NCBI GenBank assembly: GCA_043810925.1
Contig: JBDRNT010000052.1
Coordinates: forward strand, 1 to 62,719
Direction: 5' to 3'
Origin: Candidatus Eiseniibacteriota bacterium
Lineage (GTDB): Bacteria; Arandabacterota; Arandabacteria; Arandabacterales; Arandabacteraceae
Length of the DNA: 62,719 nt
Made by a program: the position numbers and the translations under genes. How positions within the stretch are numbered: the stretch's first letter is position 1; every line of letters starts with the position of its first letter. Below, piece by piece: positions 29,601-38,799 of the stretch. Below the pieces are notes generated by a model that had not been told where the DNA came from, did not search any database, and saw only the letters and a list, made by a program, of their open reading frames with translations.

Positions 29601-30802
29601 ACGAGAACGAGTTGGTGTGGGAAAATCCACCGGACTCTGATTTCGAGGGGGTCCTCATCCTGTACGCAACCGATGTATTCCCCGGTAAGCCGTCGGATGG
29701 GCAACCTGTGGAGAATGGCGCCTCGGGACACATCTACAGCGAGCCGGGGTTATGTGACAGTTTCATCCATACGGGGCTCCGCGACGGCACGACGTACTAC
29801 TATAGCGTGTTCGCATTTGATGAAGCGCTCAACTATTCCAAGCCAGCCAGTGATAGCGGTACCCCCTGCGACTACTCGGCGCCCGGCTTTTCTATCTCGG
29901 TGCTTCAGAATCCGTACATCACCAATCACCTGGACATATATGTTATCCCCTCGGAAGAGGTGACCGACTCCACGGTCTGCTGCAATGTTGACGGCGGTTG
30001 GATGGATCTTAAGGAGATCGACACCGAAGCTCATGTCTACCGGGGTGACTACGACCTCTACGGAGACGGCGACCTTTTGATCGAGGCCTGCGGCACGGAT
30101 GTTTGCGGCAATGCCGGTTGTGAGACTCGAAGCGTCTCGGCTTCGCTCATCTCATCTGCCTCGGGCGGCTCAGCGATCAGCGTCGATGGTAGATGCGAGA
30201 TTGCGATTCCTCCCCGGTCACTGCTAAGGGATGCATTCCTGCTTATCCTCGATGCGGAGAACACTGTCGATCCTCTTCACCCCGCCTATGAGGTATCGCC
30301 GTCGTTTCTCGGGCTCACACATGCAGCGGACCTCAAGATATCTTATACCGACACGGTAAGTCGGCCTGAGCAATTGAGCATAGCCAGAGTTGTCGATGCC
30401 GGGCCGATGCGCCTTGATTCGTATCTTGACCGGGACAATCATGCGATCACCGCAGCTGTAGATTCACTGGGCACGTTCATGCTGATGTGGGGCCGGGATA
30501 CTCAAACCCCCGACATCGGGCATGGCGACATAGCGAATGTCCGGGTCCATCCGGTCCCCTTCTCCGGCACCGCCCGGATCTCGTTCAATACATACAGGCC
30601 GATGCCGGTGCGAGTGCGGATTATCTCAGTGGAAGGGAAGGTCGTGAACGTTCTCCTCGACGATCACCTGTCTGCAGGCAGCCACAGTATCGAGTGGGAC
30701 GGCACCGATTCGCGTGGAATGAACATAGGCAGCGGAGTCTACTTCTACAGTATCGACTGCGGCTCGAAGCACCTCACCGGTAAAGTCACCCACCTGCGCT
30801 GA
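26615..30802 (+). CDS. Large secreted modular protein: beta-helix - L-type lectin - beta-helix - Fn3 - FlgD-Ig/T9SS-like C-terminal domain
   Basis: Two RTWYVT.DG.G.APTI.AA.DSA..GD starts; GADGMTF, AIEFDTY, FGFTASTG lectin motifs; WDGTD..G..SGVYFY tail. Confidence 0.85.
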   Translation: MRRALLLIIIAIPVFSVPASARTWYVTPDGTGEAPTIRAAVDSAASGDTLLLSDGVYTGEGNRDVCVHDKYLDIWSESQDPEACVIDCEGFAGSCFYFDCCYYEKSTLPNPGGLVRGIRIRNAESAVTAYLSVGVYVRDCIIDGHSGTALDAVGQYGSGYPILWASGCTFQGNPAGAIRCGYKSNAGASGCTFHHNGCVLKVLDMGSGALRGCTVVANSGGTEGVIRGSWYSDISLENCVIAFNTGSLVVCNNAVLSVDCCDLYGNAGGNHIDCIAGLNGVDGNFSLDPVFCDRLAKDYTLDVSSPCAPGNHPDGADFDCGLIGSLPVACGGPEIIWEEDFKAFQPASYHMQRIGATDEAAYWDSAGQCFVLTVAEENKAGRLFFDEMCLMDAWDAEFDLRIGGGTGADGMTFAFCTPAYFPSHRGSWLDFNGATGYAIEFDTYYSAGDVISEPTTSDHVAVLKNSASHHVCHSQVDTLDDNEWHHVLVEFRCGSVRVWLDGQQRLTCEIPEYEPFEGRFGFTASTGNHTNAHAVDNVSIYRPRRVSRTWYVTADGLGDAPTIQAALDSATGCDTVLVAAGTYYEHDIAMKNGACLMGEWLPRLVTIDAKGLGAGIRCLNARNPLTRIEALTIENASECAIDCRYSSPQIVGNRLVHNEGARGAAINSYGGSPVIEANVCRLNSASENGGAICCNRGRPTIKGNTIDSNSADLSGGGLHIVACIAAVEGNRIEYNLCGDFGGGIHIESYDTPHSSTCAHVSLIGNAILQNSARDGGGVWIAGECAYATAEGNRIDENSASGDGGGLWNSGDLILVRNDVTSNSAGDRGGGLRLGNGNASVDSNLVARNSAVTGGGIYCDGSAAYIGMTYNTICLNTSNGGAGIHLNSAGNEIAYNIIALNMTGLGMSCEGYASPSATCNDIWQNEGGDYVCGINRGGNFSQDPLFCRVSDADFGLGPLSPCLDHEVCGRVGAYGQGCDDASPPASVTNLSIAAGDNENELVWENPPDSDFEGVLILYATDVFPGKPSDGQPVENGASGHIYSEPGLCDSFIHTGLRDGTTYYYSVFAFDEALNYSKPASDSGTPCDYSAPGFSISVLQNPYITNHLDIYVIPSEEVTDSTVCCNVDGGWMDLKEIDTEAHVYRGDYDLYGDGDLLIEACGTDVCGNAGCETRSVSASLISSASGGSAISVDGRCEIAIPPRSLLRDAFLLILDAENTVDPLHPAYEVSPSFLGLTHAADLKISYTDTVSRPEQLSIARVVDAGPMRLDSYLDRDNHAITAAVDSLGTFMLMWGRDTQTPDIGHGDIANVRVHPVPFSGTARISFNTYRPMPVRVRIISVEGKVVNVLLDDHLSAGSHSIEWDGTDSRGMNIGSGVYFYSIDCGSKHLTGKVTHLR

Positions 30803-30897
30803 TAATTCAGTGACAGTTTACTGATTCCCGTAACATGCCAGCAGTGACCGGGCTAAGGCTTGCAGGTGTGAGGAATCGTCATGGTGTCACTGGCTTT
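30803..30897. repeat. Family A element abutting a stop codon
   Basis: TAATTCAGTGACAGTTTACTGATT at 30803; degenerate inverse arm at 30874-30897. Confidence 0.7.
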
Positions 30898-30900
30898 GCT

Positions 30901-33309
30901 TTATCTCAGGATTGTGCACTTGCTGATCCGCGACCGGCCCTGGAATGAGATGACGGCGAAATAGACTCCGGTGGCCACGTTGTCCCCGGTGGAGTTTCTG
31001 CCGTCCCAGGTGACGTGGTGCCGTCCCTCTGACAAGTGCCGCTGACACAAAGTTTTCACCCTTTGACCCTGAACATCGTAAATCAACACTTCAACATGGG
31101 CTGACCGGGTGATCGAGAATGATATTACCGTCTCAGATGTAAAGGGGTTGGGTCGGGTCTGATAGGAAACCAACCTCGGACCCGGAGCGGAATCGCCAGG
31201 CCTATGCGCCACGGGTTCGGAGACGAGTGTCATGGTCTCCGTGTCGAAGAGGAACACCTGATTACCGCTCCAGCTTCCCCAGTCGATATTCCGCTTGGCC
31301 GTGTACTGGGTACCGCCTGATGTCACGTAGCGGATGGTGAGACGCCCGGGCTGTGAGTCGGTTCCTCCCGTTTTGGGGTTGGGTACCGAGGCCCATTGCC
31401 GCGCACCCCGGAATGCGCCATCGACCACCGGGATCGAATCTTCTGCGGGGTATCCCTCGTGATCAATGAAGATGTGCCCGCCGCCGGCATTCATTATGCC
31501 CCCGAAGATCCCGGTGGTGTTTCTCAATTCCTCTCCGATCACACGGTAGATTCTTGCAGAAGCTGTACCGAAGCCGATGTCGAAGTGATACAACCCGAAG
31601 CCGGTCATATTGAGGACGTAATCGGCCGGGTCGTCGGCCGGCCACGGTTCGGTATCCGAATCGGTCGAGAAGTTCCTTGTATCGCTACCGTATCCGAAAT
31701 AGACGGGCGGGTTTTCAACAGGTTCAATCAGAAGCCCATCCTGCCACACGACCGAGTCGTTGTATGCGTACACGGTCCCGGTTCCCACGCTTCCGTTGGA
31801 GTTGTAATAGACCCATTGTGATCCGTCCCAGTATGCCCAGTCACTTCCATTGGAGAAGGTCTCATAGTGATAAATGTTCTGAAAGATGAAGTACTCCTGC
31901 GAGCCGGGATAGTGCTGCGTCGAGACCCATATCTTCTTACCCGGTACGATCGTACAGTCGAAGACACGCTGTCTTCCGATCCACTCGGCTGTGGGCAGGC
32001 CCTCGACTTCGGAGAGTATTGTCCCGAAGATATCGACCATGAGATCGCGACTGGTCGTGAGATCGTGATCCGCATTAAGACGGGAGTAATACTCCTGGTT
32101 GAAGTCGGATAATACATCAGCGTCCTCGAGATACATCTTGCGTATTGCCGCTGCTCCAAGCTCGTAACGCGTCCAGGCAAGCCATGTCCCGCCGTAGTCA
32201 CTCCAGAAATCCTCGGTCGTGATCGCTGGGACATTCTGGTAGTCATAGTCCCAGTCTTTGCTCGAGCCGAAGAGGTAAGTCGAATCGACAACCTCGTCGT
32301 CGGGGTAGAGATCGACGTAACGGTTCATACATACATAGCTTACGCCCTGGGCAAAAGCCTCTTCGAAACCACTCAAACGCGGGTGGTAATTCCACTCGTC
32401 ATCGGTTGAGAGGATCACGTTGTCTCTATAGGCATGGATCAATTCGTGTGTCAGGAGCTGGGGGTACACATCTTCCGACATGTGGATCTCGTTATCACCC
32501 GGGAAGAAAATGTTCGTACCGGTGTAATACAGGTTCTTGACGAGTGTCACCGTGTAGGAGTGTGACGGCGGCCCGTAAGTGTCCTTGATTATGGGGTTCA
32601 TTCTCGACAGGAAGTGATCGAACAAGGCAATCTGTTCGGCACTCCAGCCGGCGATTCTATTGGTGCCGGTTGAGTCGTAGCCGTAGTCTGCGTATGCTAT
32701 CGTCAGGTTGTAAGCGGGAAGACCCAGGTCCTGCCACTCGAACCATGCCGAGTCCGAGAACACATCCTGGCTGTAGAGACCGGCGTTGTTTGCAGCATGC
32801 ACCCCGAAGTAGAACTTCTCTCCCTCGGCGACGCCCATCTCCTCCAGGCTCAGCGAGTATGACCGGGTGCTGCGCCCAACACTTTGCCACCAGCTTATGT
32901 CTGCAAGTCCGGGTTGGGTCCCGATCGCGTATGCGTAACCGTCTATGCCCGATTCGGGATCTTCGGAAGCGGACCACTGCGCGTAAGCGCTGTGGATGCC
33001 GTCCACGTAAACCGTCAGATTGGAGGGATCTGAGGGTGGAGTTACGTCATCCAGGCTCTTTCTGGCAGTCATCCGGATCGAGTCCGGCAGAACATAGACA
33101 TCCTGAATGGGACAGTCGATCCGGACACGGGGATCGGGCAGGCCGCTTCTTATGGACTCCAGGATCCTACCGGTGCGTTCGATGGTATGGCGGTGAGCCT
33201 GGGGTTTTGCCGGATAAAAAGGGCCACCGGCCTGCGCGGGCCCAACAGTCCATGCTCCAAGCATGCCGACAACGAATGCGGCTGTTGCTATCCGTCTCAG
33301 AACTGTCAT
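30901..33309 (-). CDS. Secreted Fn3 + HExxH zincin-like protein with FlgD-Ig/T9SS-like C-terminal domain
   Basis: Signal peptide from MTVLRR; DPESGI.GY.YAIG Fn3; LTHELIH plus distal EEAFA; PNPF...WDGRNSTG..VATGVYF. Confidence 0.8.
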   Translation of the reverse strand: MTVLRRIATAAFVVGMLGAWTVGPAQAGGPFYPAKPQAHRHTIERTGRILESIRSGLPDPRVRIDCPIQDVYVLPDSIRMTARKSLDDVTPPSDPSNLTVYVDGIHSAYAQWSASEDPESGIDGYAYAIGTQPGLADISWWQSVGRSTRSYSLSLEEMGVAEGEKFYFGVHAANNAGLYSQDVFSDSAWFEWQDLGLPAYNLTIAYADYGYDSTGTNRIAGWSAEQIALFDHFLSRMNPIIKDTYGPPSHSYTVTLVKNLYYTGTNIFFPGDNEIHMSEDVYPQLLTHELIHAYRDNVILSTDDEWNYHPRLSGFEEAFAQGVSYVCMNRYVDLYPDDEVVDSTYLFGSSKDWDYDYQNVPAITTEDFWSDYGGTWLAWTRYELGAAAIRKMYLEDADVLSDFNQEYYSRLNADHDLTTSRDLMVDIFGTILSEVEGLPTAEWIGRQRVFDCTIVPGKKIWVSTQHYPGSQEYFIFQNIYHYETFSNGSDWAYWDGSQWVYYNSNGSVGTGTVYAYNDSVVWQDGLLIEPVENPPVYFGYGSDTRNFSTDSDTEPWPADDPADYVLNMTGFGLYHFDIGFGTASARIYRVIGEELRNTTGIFGGIMNAGGGHIFIDHEGYPAEDSIPVVDGAFRGARQWASVPNPKTGGTDSQPGRLTIRYVTSGGTQYTAKRNIDWGSWSGNQVFLFDTETMTLVSEPVAHRPGDSAPGPRLVSYQTRPNPFTSETVISFSITRSAHVEVLIYDVQGQRVKTLCQRHLSEGRHHVTWDGRNSTGDNVATGVYFAVISFQGRSRISKCTILR

Positions 33310-33398
33310 AGTGGCCAGTGAAGAGGCACATGGCCTCGGAGATCCGTAACCGCCTGAATTTATCTGCATCGTTCCACCGATACCCTATAGATCGGGGG

Positions 33399-33483
33399 AA
33401 ATCCGGTGACAGTTTACTGATTACGAGACCGCTCCTTTTGGTATCCGAAACTCGGTTAGAAATCCGGTGACAGCTTGCTGATT
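33399..33483 (+). repeat. Two direct family A arms
   Basis: AAATCCGGTGACAGTTTACTGATT (33399) and AAATCCGGTGACAGCTTGCTGATT (33460). Confidence 0.8.
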
Positions 33484-33586
33484 CCCAGAGTGCTCCAGCC
33501 GCTGACCCGCCCTCGCGACTGCGTCACTGAGCCACGCAGTTCTTAAAACATCAGAGTCATTCGCAGAGCCCCGGCTCTTGCCCTCA

Positions 33587-34305
33587 TCAGCGTCCGGGAC
33601 CATGCCTCCGGAGGCGCCGGCGAGTAGAATGCAGCTCCTGCTCGGTATCGGTTAAGAGCTCGTTCATGATTTCCCGAACGGACGTCTCACCAGTGACCAG
33701 CCCTACGGATTGGCCGGCCATGAGCGAACCATGGTCCACGTCGCCGTCGACTACCGCCGAGCGCAACCGGTCCATCCAGAATTGCTCCACCTGTTCCTGT
33801 GCTTCCCGGGGGCCGACTGTTCCCTTCTCCATCTTTCCGATCAGCTCGATCTGGAGTCTCCCGAAATCATCTGTTGCCAGGTTGCGTAGCGCCCGTACGG
33901 CAACGATGGGCAGGGGACTGTCGAACTGTGGGGTGGATACAGCATCTCGCGCTTTGGCCCGGAGAAACGCCTTCTTGAAGTTGGGATGAGCGCAGCTCTC
34001 CGTGGCTACCGCAAATCGTGTTCCAAGTTGCACACCTGAGGCTCCCATCAGAAACATATGGGCGCAAGCCTTACCGGTTGCGATTCCGCCGGCGACGAAG
34101 ACGGGCACCTGGGAAACCTCAAAAAGAACCTGCTGAAGCAAGATCACAAGGCTGACACGCGCCCCACGTGGCCACCGGCGTTGGATACGGCCGCAACAAG
34201 TTCGGGATTGCTCACCCACGTCATTGCGCCACAGATGAATGGATACCTTACGCCCAGAAACTCTCGCCCGCGCGCAGAAACACGATCCAATAGATCAGTA
34301 TTCAC
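33587..34305 (-). pseudogene. Nitronate monooxygenase/FabK-family pseudogene (internal deletion plus frameshift)
   Basis: RBS+GTG 34305 gives LGVRYPFICGAMTWVS...SNAGG joined directly to HVG, stop at 34144; other frame continues VAGGIA, GVQLGTRF, MAGQSVG. Confidence 0.85.
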
Positions 34306-34351
34306 CCTGGCCTCCCTCCATAGCGGATTGCATCAGCGCGTTGCGCCTCAA

Positions 34352-35437
34352 TCAGCCAAGTTTCTTATCCGTGGCCTGTTTCATGGCTCCCCAGAAGGGA
34401 TCGACGCGCGGGTGCTCAAGCGGCTTTCGTTTGCCGTCCTCGACAATCCAGAAACCTTGATCCCCGGAAAGGAGTTTCCCGATTGTTTCGGCCGGTATTC
34501 GAGCGCGACTCAAGGTTGAGAGCAGCTCCTGAGTCTTGGCTTCCTTCACGCATATGAGCAGCGTGCCTTCGCTTATTGATATGAGTGGGTCTATCCCGAA
34601 GTAGTCACAGATGGCTTTGACCGGCGGGAGCACAGGTATTCTGTCCTTGTCTATGATTATACCCGCACCGGAAGCCTGAGCTATCTCAAAGAGCCCCCCG
34701 ATCACCCCGCACTCAGTCGCATCGTGCATTGCCGTCACACCATCGTCCCTGACGCCGATGCTGACCGCGGCCAGCGCGTCGTCAACGGTGGACATCTTGA
34801 AGAAGAGCTCCTGCCCCTCCCGAAGAACATCCTCGCCGAGTTTGCTCTTCACGGTTTCGGGAAAAGCACAGGCAAAGATACCAGTCGCCTCAATCGCAGC
34901 CCCCTTGGTGACGACGACAACATCACCAGGGGAAGCCATGCCGGGATGAAGATATTTGTCTTCGGGTCCCACCGCAATGAAGGTGGCCCCGCCGACCATC
35001 GGGTAGTCGGTGCCCGCATACCTTGCCGTGTGCCCTGCGATAACGGCAGCCCCGCACTTGCTGCTCTCATCATGGAAGACCTGCCACATGGCGGCGAACT
35101 GCTGCTCCGTCATGCTCATGGGCAAATTGAAATCGACAATCACGTACGCAGGCGGAAACCCGCAGGTCGTGACATCAGATGCAAGGATGTGCCAGGCAAA
35201 CCATGCGGAACGTGCAAACCCGTATTCAGGTACGATGAATATCGGATCGGTGGTTACCGCCATGACCCGGCCGTCCCCGATCCTGATGATCCCGCAGTCG
35301 AATCCATGCTGTGGTGAGATCAGGACGTCGTCGCGCCTGGCTCCAAGACGCGGGTATATGATCTCATCAAAGAACTCGGGTGAAATCTTGCCGACTTCCG
35401 GGAATTCTGCGTGGACCTTTATGTCCGTCTCGGCCAT
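34352..35437 (-). CDS. AIR synthase-related (PurM/HypE-like) protein
   Basis: TTDPI, GHTARY, PGDVVVVTK, MHDATECG, SEGTLL. Confidence 0.88.
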   Translation of the reverse strand: MAETDIKVHAEFPEVGKISPEFFDEIIYPRLGARRDDVLISPQHGFDCGIIRIGDGRVMAVTTDPIFIVPEYGFARSAWFAWHILASDVTTCGFPPAYVIVDFNLPMSMTEQQFAAMWQVFHDESSKCGAAVIAGHTARYAGTDYPMVGGATFIAVGPEDKYLHPGMASPGDVVVVTKGAAIEATGIFACAFPETVKSKLGEDVLREGQELFFKMSTVDDALAAVSIGVRDDGVTAMHDATECGVIGGLFEIAQASGAGIIIDKDRIPVLPPVKAICDYFGIDPLISISEGTLLICVKEAKTQELLSTLSRARIPAETIGKLLSGDQGFWIVEDGKRKPLEHPRVDPFWGAMKQATDKKLG

Positions 35438-35504
35438 GTTGTACCTCCCATTGCTCTTCGATGTGACAGGCTCTATTCAGATATGAATCACGTTCGGTTT
35501 CGGG

Positions 35505-36434
35505 CTACTCTTCGTGGAAGAGTTCCGTGGATAGATATCGCTCACCGGTATCACAGAGGATGACAACGATCATCTTGCCCTTGTTCTCCTCACGTTTGGC
35601 CACCTCGATTGCCGCCCAGGCCGCAGCCCCTGCGGATATGCCCACAAGCAAGCCCTCTTCACGGGCGAGACGCCGCGAAGTGTCTATGGCATCCTCATTG
35701 CTGACCTGGATTATCTCATCTATGAGGTCAACCCTCAGAATGTCCGGTACGAACCCGGCCCCGATACCCTGGATCTTATGCGGTCCGGGCTTGCCCCCGG
35801 AAAGTACCGGCGAGGCCTCGGGCTCGACTGCGATTGCCTTGAAGTCCGGTTTCTTCTTCTTGATTGCATCGGCAATACCGGTGATCGTTCCGCCGGTGCC
35901 CACGCCTGCGACGAGGATATCCACCTTGCCGTCGGTGTCTTTCCAGATTTCCTCTGCGGTGGTCCTTCTGTGAATCTCCGGATTGGCCGGGTTCTTAAAC
36001 TGCTGAGGGATGAGATAGCGTGAATCGTCTGCGGCCAGTTGCTCCGCTTTCTTGACCGCGCCCTTCATACCCTCGCTTCCGGGCGTGAGAATCAACTTCG
36101 CGCCGAGTGCCTGCAGGAGAGTCCGTCGTTCAAGACTCATCGTATCGGGCATTATGAGACTGATCTTGTATCCCCTCGCGGCACAGACAAAGGCAAGACC
36201 GATGCCGGTATTGCCGCTTGTAGGCTCCAGTATGATCGTATCCTTGCCGATAGAACCCTCTTTCTCGGCGGCATCGATCATGCTCACAGCGATCCTGTCC
36301 TTCACGCTGGACAGAGGATTGAAGTACTCCAGTTTGCCGAGCACGGTGGCGCCCAGACCGGAGGCCAACCTGTTGATCTTGACCAAAGGAGTGTTTCCGA
36401 TCAGATGCGTCACATCATCTGCGATTCTTGTCAT
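35505..36434 (-). CDS. cysK: Cysteine synthase A
   Basis: IGNTPLV, SVKDR PLP lysine, [28 protein letters not shown]. Confidence 0.97.
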   Translation of the reverse strand: MTRIADDVTHLIGNTPLVKINRLASGLGATVLGKLEYFNPLSSVKDRIAVSMIDAAEKEGSIGKDTIILEPTSGNTGIGLAFVCAARGYKISLIMPDTMSLERRTLLQALGAKLILTPGSEGMKGAVKKAEQLAADDSRYLIPQQFKNPANPEIHRRTTAEEIWKDTDGKVDILVAGVGTGGTITGIADAIKKKKPDFKAIAVEPEASPVLSGGKPGPHKIQGIGAGFVPDILRVDLIDEIIQVSNEDAIDTSRRLAREEGLLVGISAGAAAWAAIEVAKREENKGKMIVVILCDTGERYLSTELFHEE

Positions 36435-36477
36435 GATGCACCTCCCCTTTTTCGATGCGGAGTCAGCGTGCAGCGGT

Positions 36478-37326
36478 TCAATGACGTTGCTTCTCATCTG
36501 AAATTGCAGCCGTGGCGAGGATCAATCTGGCCCAGATGTCGAGCCCCTCAAGATCGTGAGGTCCACGAATTCCCGGCCCCGGAGTCATGCCGCGCCCGCG
36601 GTCACCTTCCATTCCTCCCGTACCGTCACCGTCCATCGGCTCACCATCGGATGGTATGTCTCGCCCGATGGCCTCTCGTATCTCCTCCGGGTCGACCTCG
36701 GGCGTCTCAAGCCCCACGCTGATCTGGCGGCCGGGTTTGCTTCCTATGGCGTAAGGCTGGTCCTCACCCCGCTGAAGAGGGACCCTCATCTCATAGACGA
36801 AATTCCGGCTTGCGTAACCCGGTCTCACCTCAATCCCCTGCCCCGCGATCGGGAGAACAACCGGCTCATCCTCATCTGACCGGAGCACCTCCATGACTTC
36901 CCCCGCGGACTCAAACATGTTTATGATCGTCTGCCTGATTTCGGTTCGATCCCCCAAAGCCTCTCTCGCCATCAGCGGGCTGTCGGTTCCGAGAGGATAG
37001 TGAATCCCCAAGGCCTCATCCTCACGACCCTTTGGGTCGAACCAGACCGTGAAACCCCTGGTCAGCATCTGAGCTGCCAGGTTGCGGTCCGGTGATGACA
37101 GCAAGAGGTAGAGATAGTGATCGTCGTTGACTGCGCGGATGGCGATGTTCGGCGCCTCGACGTAGGTCGGAGAGATCCCCTCCCAATCCGCCGGGCTACC
37201 ATCGATGACGATCTCGCGGCTTCGCCACACACTCTGGGTCTCAAGACCTCCACACCCGGCAAGCCGGACCGCACAGAGTAAGGCGATACCTGTCCAGACG
37301 AAATGTATCCTGCGATTGATCCTCAT
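36478..37326 (-). CDS. Lipoprotein, paralog of 11400-12263
   Basis: Lipobox LAGC; GCGGLE..SVWR.RE..IDG, NDD.YLY, RG.TVW.DP.G, YE...PL shared. Confidence 0.8.
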   Translation of the reverse strand: MRINRRIHFVWTGIALLCAVRLAGCGGLETQSVWRSREIVIDGSPADWEGISPTYVEAPNIAIRAVNDDHYLYLLLSSPDRNLAAQMLTRGFTVWFDPKGREDEALGIHYPLGTDSPLMAREALGDRTEIRQTIINMFESAGEVMEVLRSDEDEPVVLPIAGQGIEVRPGYASRNFVYEMRVPLQRGEDQPYAIGSKPGRQISVGLETPEVDPEEIREAIGRDIPSDGEPMDGDGTGGMEGDRGRGMTPGPGIRGPHDLEGLDIWARLILATAAISDEKQRH

Positions 37327-37474
37327 GCGAACACCCTCGTTCTTATTCAAGTGACCCTGGACTTCGGTATACCCGGTTATCCACCGGGACCATGCTCTCC
37401 GAACAGTCTAATTGTCCAGCGCGGGATATGGTAGTCCAATCTGGGGTGAGTGGTGGAACGGTTATGGTGGGATA

Positions 37475-38359
37475 CTACCTGGCGGGGCGTGGGCCGAATT
37501 GCAGCCCATAGAAGAAGGCGGTCTTACCATCAAGATCGGGGTTGTTCGAGAAGAGCCTCAAACCCGAGCCAATCTCAAGAGCACACCAGCTGTTCAGGTA
37601 AAGCATGCCTGAGATCCCCGTGACACACTGTTCAACGCCGAGTCTCTTTACCTCCTCATGGTCGGTGAAACCGAAGCCGACTATGCTCTTCACCATAAGA
37701 GCCGCCCGCGGCCGGTCGAGATCATGCAAACGGTAGGAGACCTCGGCCGCAGGTCCCTGATAGAATCCCGTGGACAGAGTGAACCGGTCGATGGAAACCA
37801 GATCGAGCATGATCTTATATTCATCCATACGCTCCGGCTGCTGTGACCACACATAGAGGCGGTGCACCGGGCTCTCTGCGATCTGACCGCCGGCATCATC
37901 ATCCGCATCAAATCCGTCTCGCTTATGGAGATAGAGGTGCTGGTACATGTCGTCCAGCTGGATCAAACCGCCCGAGGAGAACAGCAGTCTGGCACCATAG
38001 GGAAGGCTCCGGTAAAACGATGGAAATCTATGCTTCAAGACAAAGCCCATGCCGTATAGACCGTAACCCAGGTGAAGATGCTCAGCCCAGGGCTTGATCT
38101 TCTCATTGCCAACCCATTTCCCGTAAGAGTCGCTCCGGTTGCTCAGGATGTCGTATGTGGTGACGCCCCACCCGATGGAAAACGGGACGGCTACCATGGG
38201 TGAGAAGACGGCATTTTCCATTTGCTCGAAGCGGCTGATCTGAAGATCGTCCCGGGTGACATCCGTTGCCGGCTGGACCGGAGCCCCTGCTTGAACGGGA
38301 CCGATCCATGGGCTGGACAAAACCAGGACGAGAGATACAACTGCAAGGTTTGATAGCAA
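37475..38359 (-). CDS. Exported hypothetical protein with beta-strand-rich C-terminus (possible outer-membrane protein)
   Basis: Signal peptide ending VQA; long ORF filling the gap; C-terminal FFYGLQF strand. Confidence 0.65.
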   Translation of the reverse strand: MLSNLAVVSLVLVLSSPWIGPVQAGAPVQPATDVTRDDLQISRFEQMENAVFSPMVAVPFSIGWGVTTYDILSNRSDSYGKWVGNEKIKPWAEHLHLGYGLYGMGFVLKHRFPSFYRSLPYGARLLFSSGGLIQLDDMYQHLYLHKRDGFDADDDAGGQIAESPVHRLYVWSQQPERMDEYKIMLDLVSIDRFTLSTGFYQGPAAEVSYRLHDLDRPRAALMVKSIVGFGFTDHEEVKRLGVEQCVTGISGMLYLNSWCALEIGSGLRLFSNNPDLDGKTAFFYGLQFGPRPAR

Positions 38360-38503
38360 GATGCGCGTACCCGACCTCCGCTAACACCCACCCGCCATGC
38401 TCGCACGCGCAACCAGTTTTATACGCAGATTCCATTATACCACAAATCGATGGGCCGAATCAACTGGAAATGTTTCCTAGGGAGACTTATCCCGGAGGTG
38501 AAC

Positions 38504-38569
38504 CTAGATCAGGTACTTACCGAGCAGAAAAATAGCAACAATCGCAATGACAACGACAAGAATGTTCAT
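38504..38569 (-). CDS. Putative 21-aa single-TM small protein MNILVVVIAIVAIFLLGKYLI
   Basis: GAGGG RBS upstream of ATG, wholly hydrophobic ORF in an intergenic gap. Confidence 0.45.
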   Translation of the reverse strand: MNILVVVIAIVAIFLLGKYLI

Positions 38570-38707
38570 AGTATGGCCCTCGCAATTTGCACCATCTATG
38601 GTCGGCACCGTTTGCGCAGAGCTTAACCAAAAATGCACTGTCGCATGATGTTTTGCGAGACTGCTTTGTGGGATAGGCAAAGGAGTCAACGGTTTTTCCG
38701 AAGCCCC

Positions 38708-38736
38708 TTGACACAGGGAGTTGTGCATGGTAGCAT
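38708..38736 (+). promoter_or_regulatory. Sigma70 promoter TTGACA-N17-TAGCAT for Rrf2 gene
   Basis: Perfect -35, 17-bp spacer, TG extension. Confidence 0.65.
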
Positions 38737-38799
38737 GGCAAGTAAGGTAATTGAATCAGTAGGTAGCGAGTTCGATTTTGACCTGTGGAGGTGAGAGCA

